A stretch of 64,000 bases of DNA from Octopus sinensis (GCF_006345805.1 NC_042999.1:120156001-120220000); one strand, 5' to 3'. Numbered from the stretch's first letter, positions 12,217 to 24,440 are shown. The notes: generated from the sequence alone by a model not told the origin. Translations and numbers: made by a program.

Positions 12217-13135
12217 AGTTGAAATTTATAGAAAAAGAAAAGACGAAGACAGGTGTAGGAACAACAAACAGGTGCATTAGTTTGACAGTCCGCAAAGTGA
12301 AAAAGTATTTTACGTTTCGAGCCTATGCCCTTCAACAGAGAGAAATAAGAGAAAATAAGCAGCGAGAATCAAAAAAAAAATATTGTGGATTTAGCGATCA
12401 AGCCTGGCGACTGATTGGAAAAAAGTTTGAAAGAAGAGGTTGAAAGAAGTGGAGATAATAAAGTATTGGTGATCCCGAAGCGAACGCGCGGGTGCGTGTG
12501 TGTGCATGCGAGAACGTATAAGTGTTTGTGTGTATGGATAGGGGCTAGTAACTTTGACGTGTATGCGCCTGTAACGTGTGGTATCTGTGTTGATGTTTTG
12601 AAGATTGTGTGTGGGTGTGTGGATGATGGCTTTTAGTGTCGGTGCTGGGACGTGGTCAGTGCTAGGGTGTGTACGTGTGTAACTTGGGGCTTCCCATATA
12701 GTGGCATGTGTGGTGACGCCATTGAAGATTGTGTGTTGGTGGGCGGATGATGGTGTGCTGGGAAGTAGTCAGCGCTAGTGTGTGTGGAGTAGTGCGGGGT
12801 GGTGGTTTTGTGGTGTGGGATGTGGTGTGGGGTTTTGTGGTGTGGGATGTGGTGTGGGGTTTTGATGTTGAGTGGTGCTCTGAAGATAGGGAGTTTGGTG
12901 AGGGTGGGTATGGGAGGGATATGGGTGGGTTGGGCGGCGATTGTGGTATCAAGGAACAGAAAATGTGGGAGGAGTGAATAGAGGATGTAGATGTCAGATG
13001 AATAGAGGAGAGGAGGGGAGTTGATCCCATGTGGCGCAAAGGAGCGAAGAGAGAAGATTAAATCTAATTCACGGTGAGGACGGGAATCCAGATGGCCCTT
13101 GTACAAAGACAGTCTGAACACAGATAGGTCATCTG
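12217..13135 (-). mobile_element. Penelope-like element 3' fragment (GIY-YIG C-terminus + repeat), diverged relative of the 58-63 kb element
   Basis: DLSVFRLSLYKGHLDSRPHRELDLIFSLRSFAPHGINSPPLL (ORF 12633..13187) aligns with LSVFGLSLHRGHPDSRLRREQELIFSLRSYTPFGLNSPPLL (ORF 61618..62073); same tail CCTG(T/C)CTTCGTCTTTT... running into (TA)n. Confidence 0.85.
12305..12343 (-). ncRNA. Minimal hammerhead-like motif, CUGUUGA-A variant, stem I decayed
   Basis: Minus strand TCTCT-CTGTTGA-A-GGG catagg CTC-GAA-ACGT-A-AAATAC. Confidence 0.55.
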
Positions 13136-13949
13136 AAAATTTAAAATTGCTATATTTTATTTTAATTGTTGTCATATAAAATATCATCTGGATACTGTTA
13201 TACTACGTTTCCCTTCTAAATATACTCAGCTATGTTTGCACTTTGCTCAAATATTAACTACTACTATAAAACTTTTAGCCATATTCTCCAGTGAATCCCT
13301 TTTTGTATAACTCATTCCTGCTATAGATACTGTATCTCTGCATATTAACTACTTTTGTAAGCACTTATTTCTCATCTGAATAATCTTGCAACTCATTTAT
13401 AGCATTGTCTCTTTTCGTTCGTATCCAAATCGTGATTTTTATAATGTTATATCTTCAGGATATTTCTTGTGTCCCTTACACAAATGTCTGTGTTGTGGAG
13501 AAATAAGCCGATTAAATACGTTCCTGTTGAATATAAGTTGGAAACATTTACTCCTAGAATGATTCATTTATCAGTTAAACCTAAGATCAAATCCACAGAG
13601 AAGCTCATCTTTTAGCTTATCTCGTAGTTTATTGTATGTTTCCCGAATTTTTCTCTTTAAAGATATCTTGACACATTTCCAGGCTTCGTAGTTATCTATT
13701 CATATCGCTGCTTATACATTTCCCACACTCACGTGTCTTTATTAATATCATTGCTACACACTTGAACAATCTCGTCTTGGTAAATATTATTTATTGCATA
13801 TAGTTTCTAATCCTTCACCTAAGACATATGCCAGGTCGTTTTTCTGTAATATATATCATCTGATATATTTTACTTAAAAGTATAGCTAAAAACATTACTA
13901 TGATGGCATTATTATTTTCGTTTCTTACTGTTATAAATGTAGGGACATT

Positions 13950-13954
13950 TATCG

Positions 13955-14003
<49 letters not shown>

Positions 14004-14014
14004 TATTATTATTA

Positions 14015-14075
<61 letters not shown>
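13950..14075. repeat. (ATC)n-(ATT)n-(ATTT)n compound microsatellite
   Basis: Directly visible; forms the 3' flank of an R4 fragment. Confidence 0.95.
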
Positions 14076-14079
<4 letters not shown>

Positions 14080-14080
<1 letters not shown>

Positions 14081-14500
14081 TTTATATATTGTCTTTGCAG
14101 AGCTTCTAACGCTGCGGATGGACTACGGTGCCAGCTCTTCACTACCAATGAACAAAGGTAACACCCCTTATTTTTTGAACACCATCTGGAGTATTCGACC
14201 GGTTCCAAGCAGTGCTGTTTTATGGAAGTGCTCCACCCTTATTGTAGCCCCTATTTGTTCCATGTACATGTCACGATTTTCACTCAATGTTTCCAGTGCT
14301 CCGACAATTATTGGTACCACTACCGCTCTTTTCAGCGACCACAACTGCTTAACCTCCCAAGCTAACCAGTCATATCTATCGACTTTTCTTTCTTCCTTAT
14401 CGCATAGCTTGTTGTCAGCTGGAAATGCTACATCTATGATCCAGCAACGTTTGCATTCTTTCTCAATTAACACTATGTCTGGTTGTCTGGTTTTATCATT
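14080..14500 (-). mobile_element. R4/Dong-clade 3' fragment (REL endonuclease)
   Basis: ORF 14168..14473: CWIIDVAFPADNKLCDKEERKVDRYDWLAWEVKQLWSLKRAVVVPIIVGAL...KTALLGTGRIL. Confidence 0.85.
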
Positions 14501-14529
14501 GTTATTATTATTATTGTTGTCGTTGTTAT

Positions 14530-14905
14530 TCTGAAAGACTCTCGGAAAGTTCTAAATAACCGCTTATCCTTTTCTTAAAAGCAGGCAATAACAAATCGCC
14601 AAAGGTTTCTTGTAGTACCTTCCCCTGTGACTCAAAGAGACAATATTCTCTTTAGAATGCGAGCTGCCCCCAACAATGTTGTGTTCTGAATCATTTTTAG
14701 CCAGCAGCAATCCAATATTCTTAATATGCTTTTCAAAGCCCTTGGAAACTGCTCCTAATGCGCCAATTACCACCGGTATCACAATTACTTTTTCTCATAC
14801 CCCATAACTCTCCTATCTAGTCCCGCAGTGGCTGGTATTTATCAATCTTTTCTGTTTCCTTACATTTCATCCTCGAATCACTTGATATTGGAATATCTAT
14901 TATAT
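14530..14905 (-). mobile_element. R4/Dong-clade 3' fragment (REL C-terminus + 3' UTR)
   Basis: ORF 14564..14782 IPVVIGALGAVSKGFEKHIKNIG; 3' UTR motif TTGG(C/T)GATT(T/C)GTTATTGCCTGCTTT shared with 35290-35320. Confidence 0.75.
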
Positions 14906-14930
14906 TTAGTTATTATTATTATTATTATTA

Positions 14931-14965
<35 letters not shown>

Positions 14966-14968
<3 letters not shown>

Positions 14969-17900
14969 TAGTTTTATTTTTATAGCGTGCTTTCACTTCA
15001 CTACCTAGCACAGCTCTGTGTGCCTTGGGTATGTGCTGTGATTTGTTGTGATGCTCTGATGGTTATTGTATGGAAAGTGTTCTGCGTAGGATGTGTGCAG
15101 TGCCTAGTAGTGCAATTTTCTGTATGTTATATGTGTTTGTAAGTCCTGGTGTTTTTGTTATGTATTTGTCTGAATATTTTTTTATCATGCCTAATGCACC
15201 TACTATGATAGGAATTGATTCTGTTTTCAGATTCCACATTCTACTTACCTCTATTTCCAGGTCTTTGTATTTTTAGAGTTTCTCCATTTCTTTTAGAGAC
15301 ACGTTGTCATCAGCCGGTATTGATACATCAATTAGAAAGCATTTCTTTTCTTCATGATCTCTGACAACTATATCTGGTCTGTTGGCCTTATTTTCTCTAT
15401 CTGTGTGTATCGGCATATCCCAGAGTATGGTTGCTTTCTCGTTTTCTGTGACCTTTTCTGGTGTGTGCCTATACCATCTTTTTTCTGTTGTTATTCCATA
15501 ATGTTGGCATAGCTTCCAATGTATGTCGGTTCCAACTCTGTCATGTCTGTGAATATATTCCTTCTTAGCCAAGACTGGGCAGCTAGAGATAATATGATTT
15601 ATTGTTTCTTGTCCATCTCCACATATTCTGCAGTTACTTGTAATATTTCTTTTCATTACATGTTTTTGGTAATTTCTGGTGGGGAGGCTTTGGTCTTGTG
15701 CTGCAATTAAAAATCCCTCTGTTTCTGCTTTGAGTCCTGAGCTTCTCAACCATTGCTGCGATTTTTCTTTGTCTATTTCTTTTGCGTTTAGTTTAGTGCA
15801 GTATTTACCATGAAGGGGCTTTTCTTGCCATCGTTTTATCATGGTTCGTTGCTGTTCTATTTTTAGTTTGGATTTCATTTGTTTTATAGCTTTTGTTGTT
15901 TCTTCTTCATCTTCTTCTTCTTCTTCATGTTTATTAGGTGGTATGATTTCTTGTTTGTATTTGTCAGCTTCCTTAAATACTAAGAACAGTTTTTTGTTTT
16001 GCTCGTGTTTTGCCGCTATCTGGATCAGTTTTCCTTCCTTCTGAAGTAGGTATTTTTGCAGTCCTATAGTGGTTATTTTATAGTAGTTTTCCAGCTGTAT
16101 AAGGCCTCTACCACCTTCTATACGTTGTATATATAGTCTTTCTATGTCAGATTTTGGGTGATGCATCCTAGATCCTGTCGTTATTTTTCTTGTTTTCCTA
16201 TCTATTTTGGTCAGTTCATTTCGTGTCCAGTTAAGGATATTGTAGCTGTAACTTATAACTGGGACAGCTAAAGTGTTGATACCTATTATCTTGTTTTTAG
16301 CATTGAGCTCTGTGTTTAGTATTGATCTAACTCGTCTATAATATTCTTTTTTTATTTTCTCTTTCATTTGTGTGTGTTGTGTCTTATCTAGTTCATGGAT
16401 TCCTAAGTATTTGTAAGTTTGGCTTTGGTCTAATTCTTTTATTTCATTGGTTTTATCTAGTCTGATGTTGTTACTCTTAACTAGTTTTCCTCTTTTCATG
16501 GTTACTTTGGCGCATTTTTCTAATCCAAATTTCATATCTATTTCTTTGGTAAATCCATGAACTGTCTTTAATAGTGTTTCCAGCTGTTTGTCATTTGCAG
16601 CGTATAGTTTTAGGTCATCCATATATAAAAGGTGGCTGATCGTTGTGCCGTAACATTTATATCCGCATCCAGTTCTATTTAGCATATCAGATAGAGGTGA
16701 CAGTGCCAAGCAGAAAAGGAGTGGAGAGAGCGTGTCTCCCTGGAATATTCCTCTTCTAATGGGGATGTCTTTGGTTTTCATGAGTCCCTCTTTTGTTTGG
16801 AGGTGTAGGACTGTTTGCCATTTATTCATAGAGTGCTCTATGAATTTTATGATTGTTGGTGCTACTTTGTTAATGGTTAGTGTTTCGAGGATCCATGTGT
16901 GGGGGATGCTATCAAACGCCTTTTTGTAGTCAATCCAGGCCATACTGAGGCCTTTCTTCTTTCTGTGGCTGTCTTCAGTTATGGCTTTATTAATCATTAG
17001 TTGATCTTTACAGCCATATGAGCCTTTGCGGCATCCTTTCTGCTCTTCTGGGAACAGTTTGTTTTCGTCCAGGTGCTTGTTCAGCCTTTGTGATATCACT
17101 GCAGTAAATGCCTTGAACATAGTAGGGAGGCAGGTTATTGGTCTGTAGTTTTCTGGTTTTGCTGTTTCATTTGATTTGGGAATTAAGATCGTTTTTCCCC
17201 TTCGTGAGCCATTCAGGCATTGTCTCTGGCTCAGCTAGTACGTTGTTAAAGTTTTCAGCCAGCTTTTTGTGCATTCCTGTTAGATATTTCAACCAGACGT
17301 TGGGGATCTTGTCATGCCCAGGTGCCTTCCAGTTGCTTAGTCTTTGCAGTGCCTGGGTGACCTCTTCAGTTGTTATGGGGGTCCAAAGTTGTTCAGATGC
17401 CGAGTTTGTTATTCTGATACTCCTTTTTTTTTGGTGGTTCGTTCGCCGACCATATTTCTCCCCAGAATTCTTCCAATTCTTTTGCCGTTGGTGCTGCAGT
17501 GACTTCTATTTTATTTTTTCCCAGTTCTTGGTAGAACTTTTTGGGGTTGGAGTTGAACTTTTTGTTTTCTTCAAAGAAGCGTTGGCGTTTCTTGTACCGG
17601 CGGATCCTTTGTGCTTTGGCAAGGATATCTTCCTTCAGCTTTTCTTTTATTTCAGGCAAATCTTTGTCGGTGATGTTATATTTGCGGAGTATTTTTGTTC
17701 TCTTTTTCTTGCTCAGTAGCGTTGATTGTTTGCTGATTTCATTAAGAATCGACAGGTCTTTTCTATTTTTTTTTTATTTTGCTTTGGATGTTATTTATCC
17801 ACAGGGTTTGTTTGGGTGGTGGTACTCCTGTTTGGGCGGTTTTGGGTGAGTATCCAGCTTCTTTTGTGGCTGCAGTGGCTGCTGCGTATATTAGGTTATT

Positions 17901-18975
17901 TAGCTCAGTGATATCACTTTTGTTGATTCAGTGGCTATCAGTTCAGTGACGGTTAGGTTTATGCTGTTTATAATAGGTGTTGTTATTTTGTTTATTTTGA
18001 TTCTTGGGAGGTATGGTCGGTGGTTCATTTTGAGCTCTGTGGTTTTCAGTTCTTTGATTATTTTATTTTTTATATTATCATAATCATTAGGCTCCCCTTC
18101 GTTGTTTACATCGTGTTTGTTGGGAATGTTGCGTTTGTCTTCGTGTTTTACAGTTTCAGTGTTTATATTATTGGGCATTGTTGTGTGGCTTCTATCTACA
18201 TTTTCCTGGTGTATGTTTCTTTTAGGTGTTCTATTTCTATTTCTGATATTTTTTGTGTTGAGAATGTATCTTCGTACGTTAGCTAATTTATTAGGGTTCA
18301 TTGCTGTATCCAAGTCTATATCTCTATTATTTTCCTTCCATATTTTATATGTATGTGTTGTTGTGTTTTCATTTTTTGGGTAGAGCACTGCTGTGAAGTA
18401 AGCGTGTAGGATAGAAATGTATTCCTCACGTGTCCATTTACGTCTTTTGGGTTTTATTTGCGGGACATGAGGAACAACGTCCGGCCCATTATTTTGACGG
18501 TCGTCATTTTCGTAGGGTACCGGTCCGTTCATTTCTGTTGTCACATTGTTTTGCACGTGTAGTTTTTCGTACATTTTATGTTGTAAGTTTAATGTACGTA
18601 CCGCTCGATTGTTATTCTTGGTTTGAATAGTATCGGTGGCATTTAATTTCTTCGTAGTTCCTTTGTACATGGTGTTTGGGGTCGGAGATGATCGTGATGT
18701 TCCACGCATGTTTACATGTGTTGCGTTAGAGGCGGAGATGATATCGAGTCAAAATACATCATTTCGCTTCGAAAATAGTAATAAATTTCAATTAGTATTA
18801 CTTACTCGGATACAGTCCAATTCTTTGTTAGTAAAACTTTGGCTCCATAGGATGTCCTTGTTTTCGATGTTTGTGGATAGATTTCGGAGCTCTGAATTTT
18901 CCTTCTTACATCTTAAACGTCCCCGGTGTTCTCTTTAAACATCCCCGGTGTTCTCTCCGTCCCCGGTGTTCTCTC

Positions 18976-18976
<1 letters not shown>
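14966..18976 (-). mobile_element. Full-length (~4.0 kb) R4/Dong-clade element, family A, inactivated
   Basis: N-terminal KRRKWTREEYISILHAY motif (17900..18709), linker (17393..17659), RT + CCHC + REL (15273..17120); frameshifts and a premature stop at ...KEMEKL*; (TAA)n on both flanks. Confidence 0.95.
15273..17120 (-). CDS. R4/Dong RT - zinc knuckle - restriction-like endonuclease (615 aa open segment of a broken ORF)
   Basis: AWIDYKKAFDSIPH, GIFQGDTLSPLLF, LLYMDDLKLY, YKYLG, CRICGDGQETINHIISSC, RHD, RPDIVV..FLIDVSIP. Confidence 0.9.
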   Translation of the reverse strand: MFKAFTAVISQRLNKHLDENKLFPEEQKGCRKGSYGCKDQLMINKAITEDSHRKKKGLSMAWIDYKKAFDSIPHTWILETLTINKVAPTIIKFIEHSMNKWQTVLHLQTKEGLMKTKDIPIRRGIFQGDTLSPLLFCLALSPLSDMLNRTGCGYKCYGTTISHLLYMDDLKLYAANDKQLETLLKTVHGFTKEIDMKFGLEKCAKVTMKRGKLVKSNNIRLDKTNEIKELDQSQTYKYLGIHELDKTQHTQMKEKIKKEYYRRVRSILNTELNAKNKIIGINTLAVPVISYSYNILNWTRNELTKIDRKTRKITTGSRMHHPKSDIERLYIQRIEGGRGLIQLENYYKITTIGLQKYLLQKEGKLIQIAAKHEQNKKLFLVFKEADKYKQEIIPPNKHEEEEEDEEETTKAIKQMKSKLKIEQQRTMIKRWQEKPLHGKYCTKLNAKEIDKEKSQQWLRSSGLKAETEGFLIAAQDQSLPTRNYQKHVMKRNITSNCRICGDGQETINHIISSCPVLAKKEYIHRHDRVGTDIHWKLCQHYGITTEKRWYRHTPEKVTENEKATILWDMPIHTDRENKANRPDIVVRDHEEKKCFLIDVSIPADDNVSLKEMEKL

Positions 18977-19030
<54 letters not shown>

Positions 19031-19056
19031 CATCATCATCATCATCATCATCATCA

Positions 19057-19102
<46 letters not shown>

Positions 19103-19103
<1 letters not shown>

Positions 19104-19585
19104 CTTCGTAACACAGTGTAGGTAAAAAATGCACCAGGATCTTTAATCATCTGTCAAGTCACAACAAGGACCCCTGACAGATAATACTTTCCTTAAGATG
19201 TGTGCTGTGCTCAATAAGGCTGCTTTTTGCAAGACATCAATCTTGCATGGGATTTCCAGTTGCCTTAAGAAGTCTTAAAGTTTCAATGGGATTGAGCCCA
19301 ACGCTCCAGTCACCACTGATATCAATTTTACATTACTCTCTCCATATTGTATTCCCATTTCCACTTTCAATTTGGAGTACTTTGTATTTTTCAACCTCTT
19401 TACTGACAACATTCATGTCATTTGGTATAGTTACATCAATTGTCTGACAGTATTTTTCCCCCCTTATTCAATATGACAATATCCGGCCGACAGTGTTCGA
19501 TTTCACGATCCGTCTAAAAATCATATTTCCAAAGTATCATTACTTTCCCATTCTCTTGCATAACTTTACATGGTACATGCTCATA
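19103..19585 (-). mobile_element. R4/Dong-clade 3' fragment (family E, REL)
   Basis: Minus-strand reading KDLYEHVPCKVMQENGKVMILW..TDREIEHCRPDIV...GALGSIP..LQKAALLSTAHILRKVLS; ends in (AAT)n. Confidence 0.8.
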
Positions 19586-19967
19586 CAAGTCCTTTCCAGC
19601 TGTTTGTCATTTGCAGCGTATAGTTTTAGGTCATCTATATATAAAAGGTGGCTGATCGTTTTGCCGTAACATTTATATCCGCATCCAGTTCTATTTAGCA
19701 TATCAGATAGAGGTGACAGTGCCAAGCAGAAAAGGAGTGGAGAGAGCGTATCTCCCTGGAATATTCCTCTTCTAATGGGGATGTCTTTGGTTTTCATGAG
19801 TCCCTCTTTTGTTTGGAGGTGTAGGACTGTTTGCCATTTATACATAGAGTGCTCTATGAATTTTATGATTGTTGGTGCTACTTTGTTAATGGTTAGTGTT
19901 TCGAGGATCCATGTGTGGGGGATGCTATCAAACGCCTTTTTGTAGTCAATCCAGGCCATACTGAGGC
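19585..19967 (-). mobile_element. Family A RT fragment
   Basis: Near-identical to ~16585-16950 (ORF 19540..19959: MAWIDYKKAF...LLYIDDLKLY). Confidence 0.9.
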
Positions 19968-19983
19968 CCTTCTTCTTCTTCTT

Positions 19984-20014
<31 letters not shown>

Positions 20015-20077
20015 TTATTATATTATTATTATTATATATTATTATTATTAATTATTATTATTATTATTATTATTATT

Positions 20078-20360
20078 CAGTAGTTTCATTTTTATAGCAT
20101 GCTTTCACTTCACTACCGAGCACAGCTCTGTGTGCCTTAGGTATGTGCTGTGATTTGTTGTGATGCTCTGATGGTTATTGTATGGAAAGTGTTCTGCGTA
20201 GGATGTGTGCAGTGCCTCGTAGTGCAATTTTTTCTGTATGTTTTTATTATATATTTGTCTGAATATTTTTTATCATGCCTAATGCACCTACTATGATAGG
20301 AATTGTTTCTGTTTTTAGATTCCACATTCTGGTTACCTCTATTTCCAGGTCTTTGTATTT
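20078..20360 (-). mobile_element. Family A 3' end, 5'-truncated copy
   Basis: Matches 14966-15272 with small deletions; flanked by (ATT)n. Confidence 0.9.
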
Positions 20361-20380
20361 TATTATTATTATTATTATTA

Positions 20381-23300
20381 CTTTTTTTTTCTTCTTTCAA
20401 ATTTGCTTCCATTTCTTGCCGAGTGTCTTCCCGACTCCTAGGGCAAAGAAACTCATAGTATACATTGGTAGGCCATTAAACCAAACTCAATAGTTCGTTC
20501 ATTTAAATTTTTTTTTTTTTTAAGTTAAATTGAAATACATGAGCAGCAACAGTTCTCACATCGACAATGCTCTTCTCAATACGTGTGATGTACCAGTTAA
20601 GACAATCTTTTGTACTTCTTGCAGGGATGGTAAGCCAGGGATCATTCTCATATAATTTTCGGTTCCCTTCTTGATCATTCCTAGTGCTCCTACGATCACT
20701 GGTATTGTAACCGCCTTGAGATGCCACATTTTCTCAATTTCAATGAGTAGGTCTTTATATTTTCTGAGCTTGTCAAACTCTTTCGCTGAGATATTATGAT
20801 CACAGGGGATGCTCATGTCGATCAATAAACAAACTTTATTGTTTTGGTCTTTCACAACAATATCTGGTTTATTGGCCTTGACGGTTCGGTCTGTATGTAC
20901 TGGAAAGTCCCACAGAATCGTTACATTTTCTCCTTCAGTTACAGCCTCAGGGTGGTGATTATACCACTTGTCGGCAGTTTTGATATTGTAATGCCGACTT
21001 ATTAGCCAGTGGAGATATTGGCCAACTCTGTCATGTCTTAATTTATACTCCACTGGTGCTAAGACTTTACATCCAGAGATTAGGTGGTCCACTGTTTCAA
21101 TCATGTCGTTGCAGAATCGGCATTTTGGGTCCGCTCCATTTTTCATCACATTGGCCTGGTAGTTCCGGGTTAATAGGCTTTGATCTTGAGCAGCCAGGAT
21201 GAAACCTTCGCTCTCTGCTTTTAGCCCTGAGCTTCGTAGCCACTGATGGGTTTGCTTCTGGTCAACATCAGCTTGTTTGCTGCGGGTCACATATTTGCCG
21301 TGCAGAGGTTTCTCCTCCCACCTATCAGCCAATTGCTCGTGCGCTTTTTTCGTTGCCATCATTTTCACCTTCTTTGCAACAATAGTTGCCGTACTTCCCT
21401 CGGGTTGTTCAGTTTGGGTATCCTGCACGAGATCAATAGCAAATTTTTTGCTTTCCTTTATGATAGAATGAAGCTTCTTTCGTCTCTCGTGTTTTTCCAC
21501 GAGCTTTAGCATCCAGTCATTCGATATTTCGAGATATTTGGCCAGTCCAATTGTGGTTGTTTTGTAAGCTAGTTCAAATTGGATCAGGCCTCGACCTCCT
21601 TGGGCTCTGGGAAGGTAAAGGCGATCTACGTCTGCCTTTGGGTGGTGCATCAGCAGCTTGCGTATTTTCCTATCTATATTCTTTACTTCACTCATATTCC
21701 AGTTCAACACATTGTAGCTATAAGTAACAACTGGAACTGCTAAGGAATTTATAGCTAACACCTTGTTACGTGCATTTAGTTCAGATTTCAGGACTGTACG
21801 AACTCTCCTATAACATTCCTTCCTGATCTTCTCTTTCATGCTTGCATGCTAAATACCAGAGCCTTCATTTATCCCTAAATATTTGTATGTTTGTTCTTGC
21901 TCAAGCTCTCTTATGACTGTGTCAACATCTAACACGACTGAATTTGTGGTCTTCACTTTTCCTTTCTGGAAAGTGGCCTTGGCACACTTCTCAAGTCCAA
22001 ACTCCATCCCGATGTCATCGCTGAATGCTTTCACGGTGCGCAATAGGCCTTCAAGTTCATTATTGCCTTTACCATAAAGTTTTAAGTCATCCATATAAAA
22101 TAGATGGCTTATTTTTTTATTGGCAATTTTTTACCCATACCCTGTTCTGTTTAATTCACTTGTAAGGGGTATTAGGGCTATGCAGAATATTAAAGGTGAA
22201 AGTGAGTCACCTTGAAAAATTCCACAGTTGATGTTTATATTTTCTGAGGCAAGTACTCCATTAGAGTGGTATAATTGGAGATTCGTATTCAGCAACGACA
22301 TATTGTGCTTCAGGAAGTTTGAAATCACAGGGGAAATTTTGAAGATGTCCAGCGATCTCAAGATCCATGGATGCGGTATACTGTCGAAGGCCTTTTTATA
22401 GTCAATCCATGCGGTGCTGAGATTTCTGCGCTTGTTGTGACAGTTCTCAAGGATCATACGATTGATTAGCAGTTGATCTTTGCATCCGTAAGAGCCTCGG
22501 CGGCACCCTTTTTGTTCGATGGGGAAAATATCGTTCTTCTCCATGAATGCATATGTTTTCTCCGCCAGGATAGATGTTAGGATTTTATACGTGGTGGATA
22601 GACAGGTTATAGGCCGATAGTTTTTTGGAAGGTTGGTTTCGTTATTCTTTGGGAGTAGGTAAGTAATGCCACTTGCTAACCATTCTGGTGTTTTCTTTGG
22701 GTCTCTCATAATTCCATTGACAGCTGAACTAGCTTACCGTGTGTGCATGGGAGCGATGCGAGCCAGAAATTCGGCACCCTATCTTTACCGGGGGATTTCC
22801 AATTATGGGCCTTCGTGAGTGCCTTTCTTAGGTCTGCTATTGTGATGTCTTCCCATGCTTGTTGTTGTAAATTTTGGTAGGATCCTTCAGTTTGTATAAT
22901 CCAGTCTGCATTTATGTTGTACGTCTTCTTGTCACTCCAAATCCTTTTCCAAAAGTTTTGAACTTCTTCCATGGGAGGGGGGTTTTTAACGGTTACTTTC
23001 TCCTTCCCTATTTCTCTGTAGAATCTTTTGGCATTGGATGTGAACAGCTTATTTTGCTTGTAAAACTTGTTTCTCTTCTCAAATCTTCGTATTCTTTGGG
23101 CTTTTGCTTGGACTTTTTGTTTCAGCGTTTCTTTTATTGATATCAGTTCTTCTCTTGGTGAGGATCCAAATTTTCTCTTCATCTTTCTTCCTGTTCTGGA
23201 TCTTACATCATTTCCACATATTATTTCATTTAATATTGATATTTCCCCTCTCATAAATTCAATCTCTTTTTCAATTATACTTCTCCAGGTTTGATTTCTT

Positions 23301-24311
23301 CCCAGGTTTTGTTTTCTTTGTTTTTTTTCGGGGGCATACAGCTGGTTTCAATTGCCCTAGCAGAAGCGTAAATAATTTCATTTAACTCAGTAAAATCAGG
23401 TTTTAATTCTCGTATTATTTCATTTGTTACATAGTTGCCAATTTGGATTTGTTTTTTATTTTGGTTTGTATTTGAGAGTTTATGAAGTGGTTCTCTATCA
23501 TTCATACTTGTATGTCTTACAACGTCAAGCGTATTCAGGATTTTCTGCCTCATTTCTGCCATAGACTCTCTGTGTTCTTCAGCAAATGCGAGATCTTCAG
23601 TTACTGTTGTTTTTTCGTTTTCCTGGCTATCTTTAACAGGTACAATAGAATTTCTTGTATGTTCAGGCCTTTGCGTACTTTGGTCAGATGGCAGTCTTTC
23701 AATTAAGCCTCGTGGCGGGCTATACTGTTCATCTGATTCTTCATTTCCTTTGTGTCTTATATTTATGTCATTTTCCGTTGCGTGCTTGATCGCGCTTATT
23801 TCACTGTCTGTGAGTCTGTTATTTCTAAGGATATCCCTCCTCACATTTGCTAATTTGTTCTCGTCCAAATAGGGCCTACTGTCTTGATTCCGTGTTCTCC
23901 ATATACTGTAAGAGTTTGCGGTGTGTCTCTCTTGAGATGGCCTACCTAATGCATAGTAATAAGCGTATATTACTTCTTTATACTCTTCTCGGGTCCATTT
24001 GTTCCGCTTACATTTTTCTTTCTGTGGTGGTTGTGGTGGTGAACTTGGAGGGTTCGAGTTGGGGGATTTCCCGTTCAAGTGACCATCCATGTCCGTATTC
24101 GGAGAAGAGTTTGTGCCAGTTGATGACTTTTCGATCCCAGGCTGGCTCTTCCCTGGGGGACGCGCTTCCAGATTAACCATAGGACAAGCGATTTGGTATA
24201 CTGATTTAGTTTTCCTTTTAGATTCCAAAAACATTTTGGTGCTACGATAATGGCGAAGTTTCATTTTCTGTAAATTCTTTATCGCTAATTCTCATTTTCT
24301 GTAAGAAAATG
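20381..24311 (-). mobile_element. Full-length (~3.9 kb) R4/Dong-clade element, family B, inactivated
   Basis: ORFs 23275..24264 (RNKWTREEYKEVIYAYY), 22706..23254, 22131..22709 (NYRPITC, AWIDYKKAFDS, QGDSLSP), 21849..22094 (MDDLKLY), 20556..21839 (CRFC..HLISGC, RHD, KPDIVV) are one ORF split by frameshifts. Confidence 0.95.
20556..21839 (-). CDS. R4/Dong C-terminal half (RT thumb, CCHC, REL; 427 aa open segment)
   Basis: RLYLPRAQGGRGL, WLRSSGLKAESEGFILAAQDQ, CRFCNDMIETVDHLISGC, KPDIVVKD..LIDMSIP, IPVIVGALG. Confidence 0.9.
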   Translation of the reverse strand: MKEKIRKECYRRVRTVLKSELNARNKVLAINSLAVPVVTYSYNVLNWNMSEVKNIDRKIRKLLMHHPKADVDRLYLPRAQGGRGLIQFELAYKTTTIGLAKYLEISNDWMLKLVEKHERRKKLHSIIKESKKFAIDLVQDTQTEQPEGSTATIVAKKVKMMATKKAHEQLADRWEEKPLHGKYVTRSKQADVDQKQTHQWLRSSGLKAESEGFILAAQDQSLLTRNYQANVMKNGADPKCRFCNDMIETVDHLISGCKVLAPVEYKLRHDRVGQYLHWLISRHYNIKTADKWYNHHPEAVTEGENVTILWDFPVHTDRTVKANKPDIVVKDQNNKVCLLIDMSIPCDHNISAKEFDKLRKYKDLLIEIEKMWHLKAVTIPVIVGALGMIKKGTENYMRMIPGLPSLQEVQKIVLTGTSHVLRRALSM

Positions 24312-24326
24312 ATGATGATGATGATG

Positions 24327-24382
<56 letters not shown>

Positions 24383-24385
24383 TAC

Positions 24386-24440
<55 letters not shown>

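Noticed and set aside
18914-18976. CRISPR-like short direct repeats (also the PLE subunits at 58040-58290)
   Set aside because: Eukaryotic retroelement context, no unique spacers, no cas genes.
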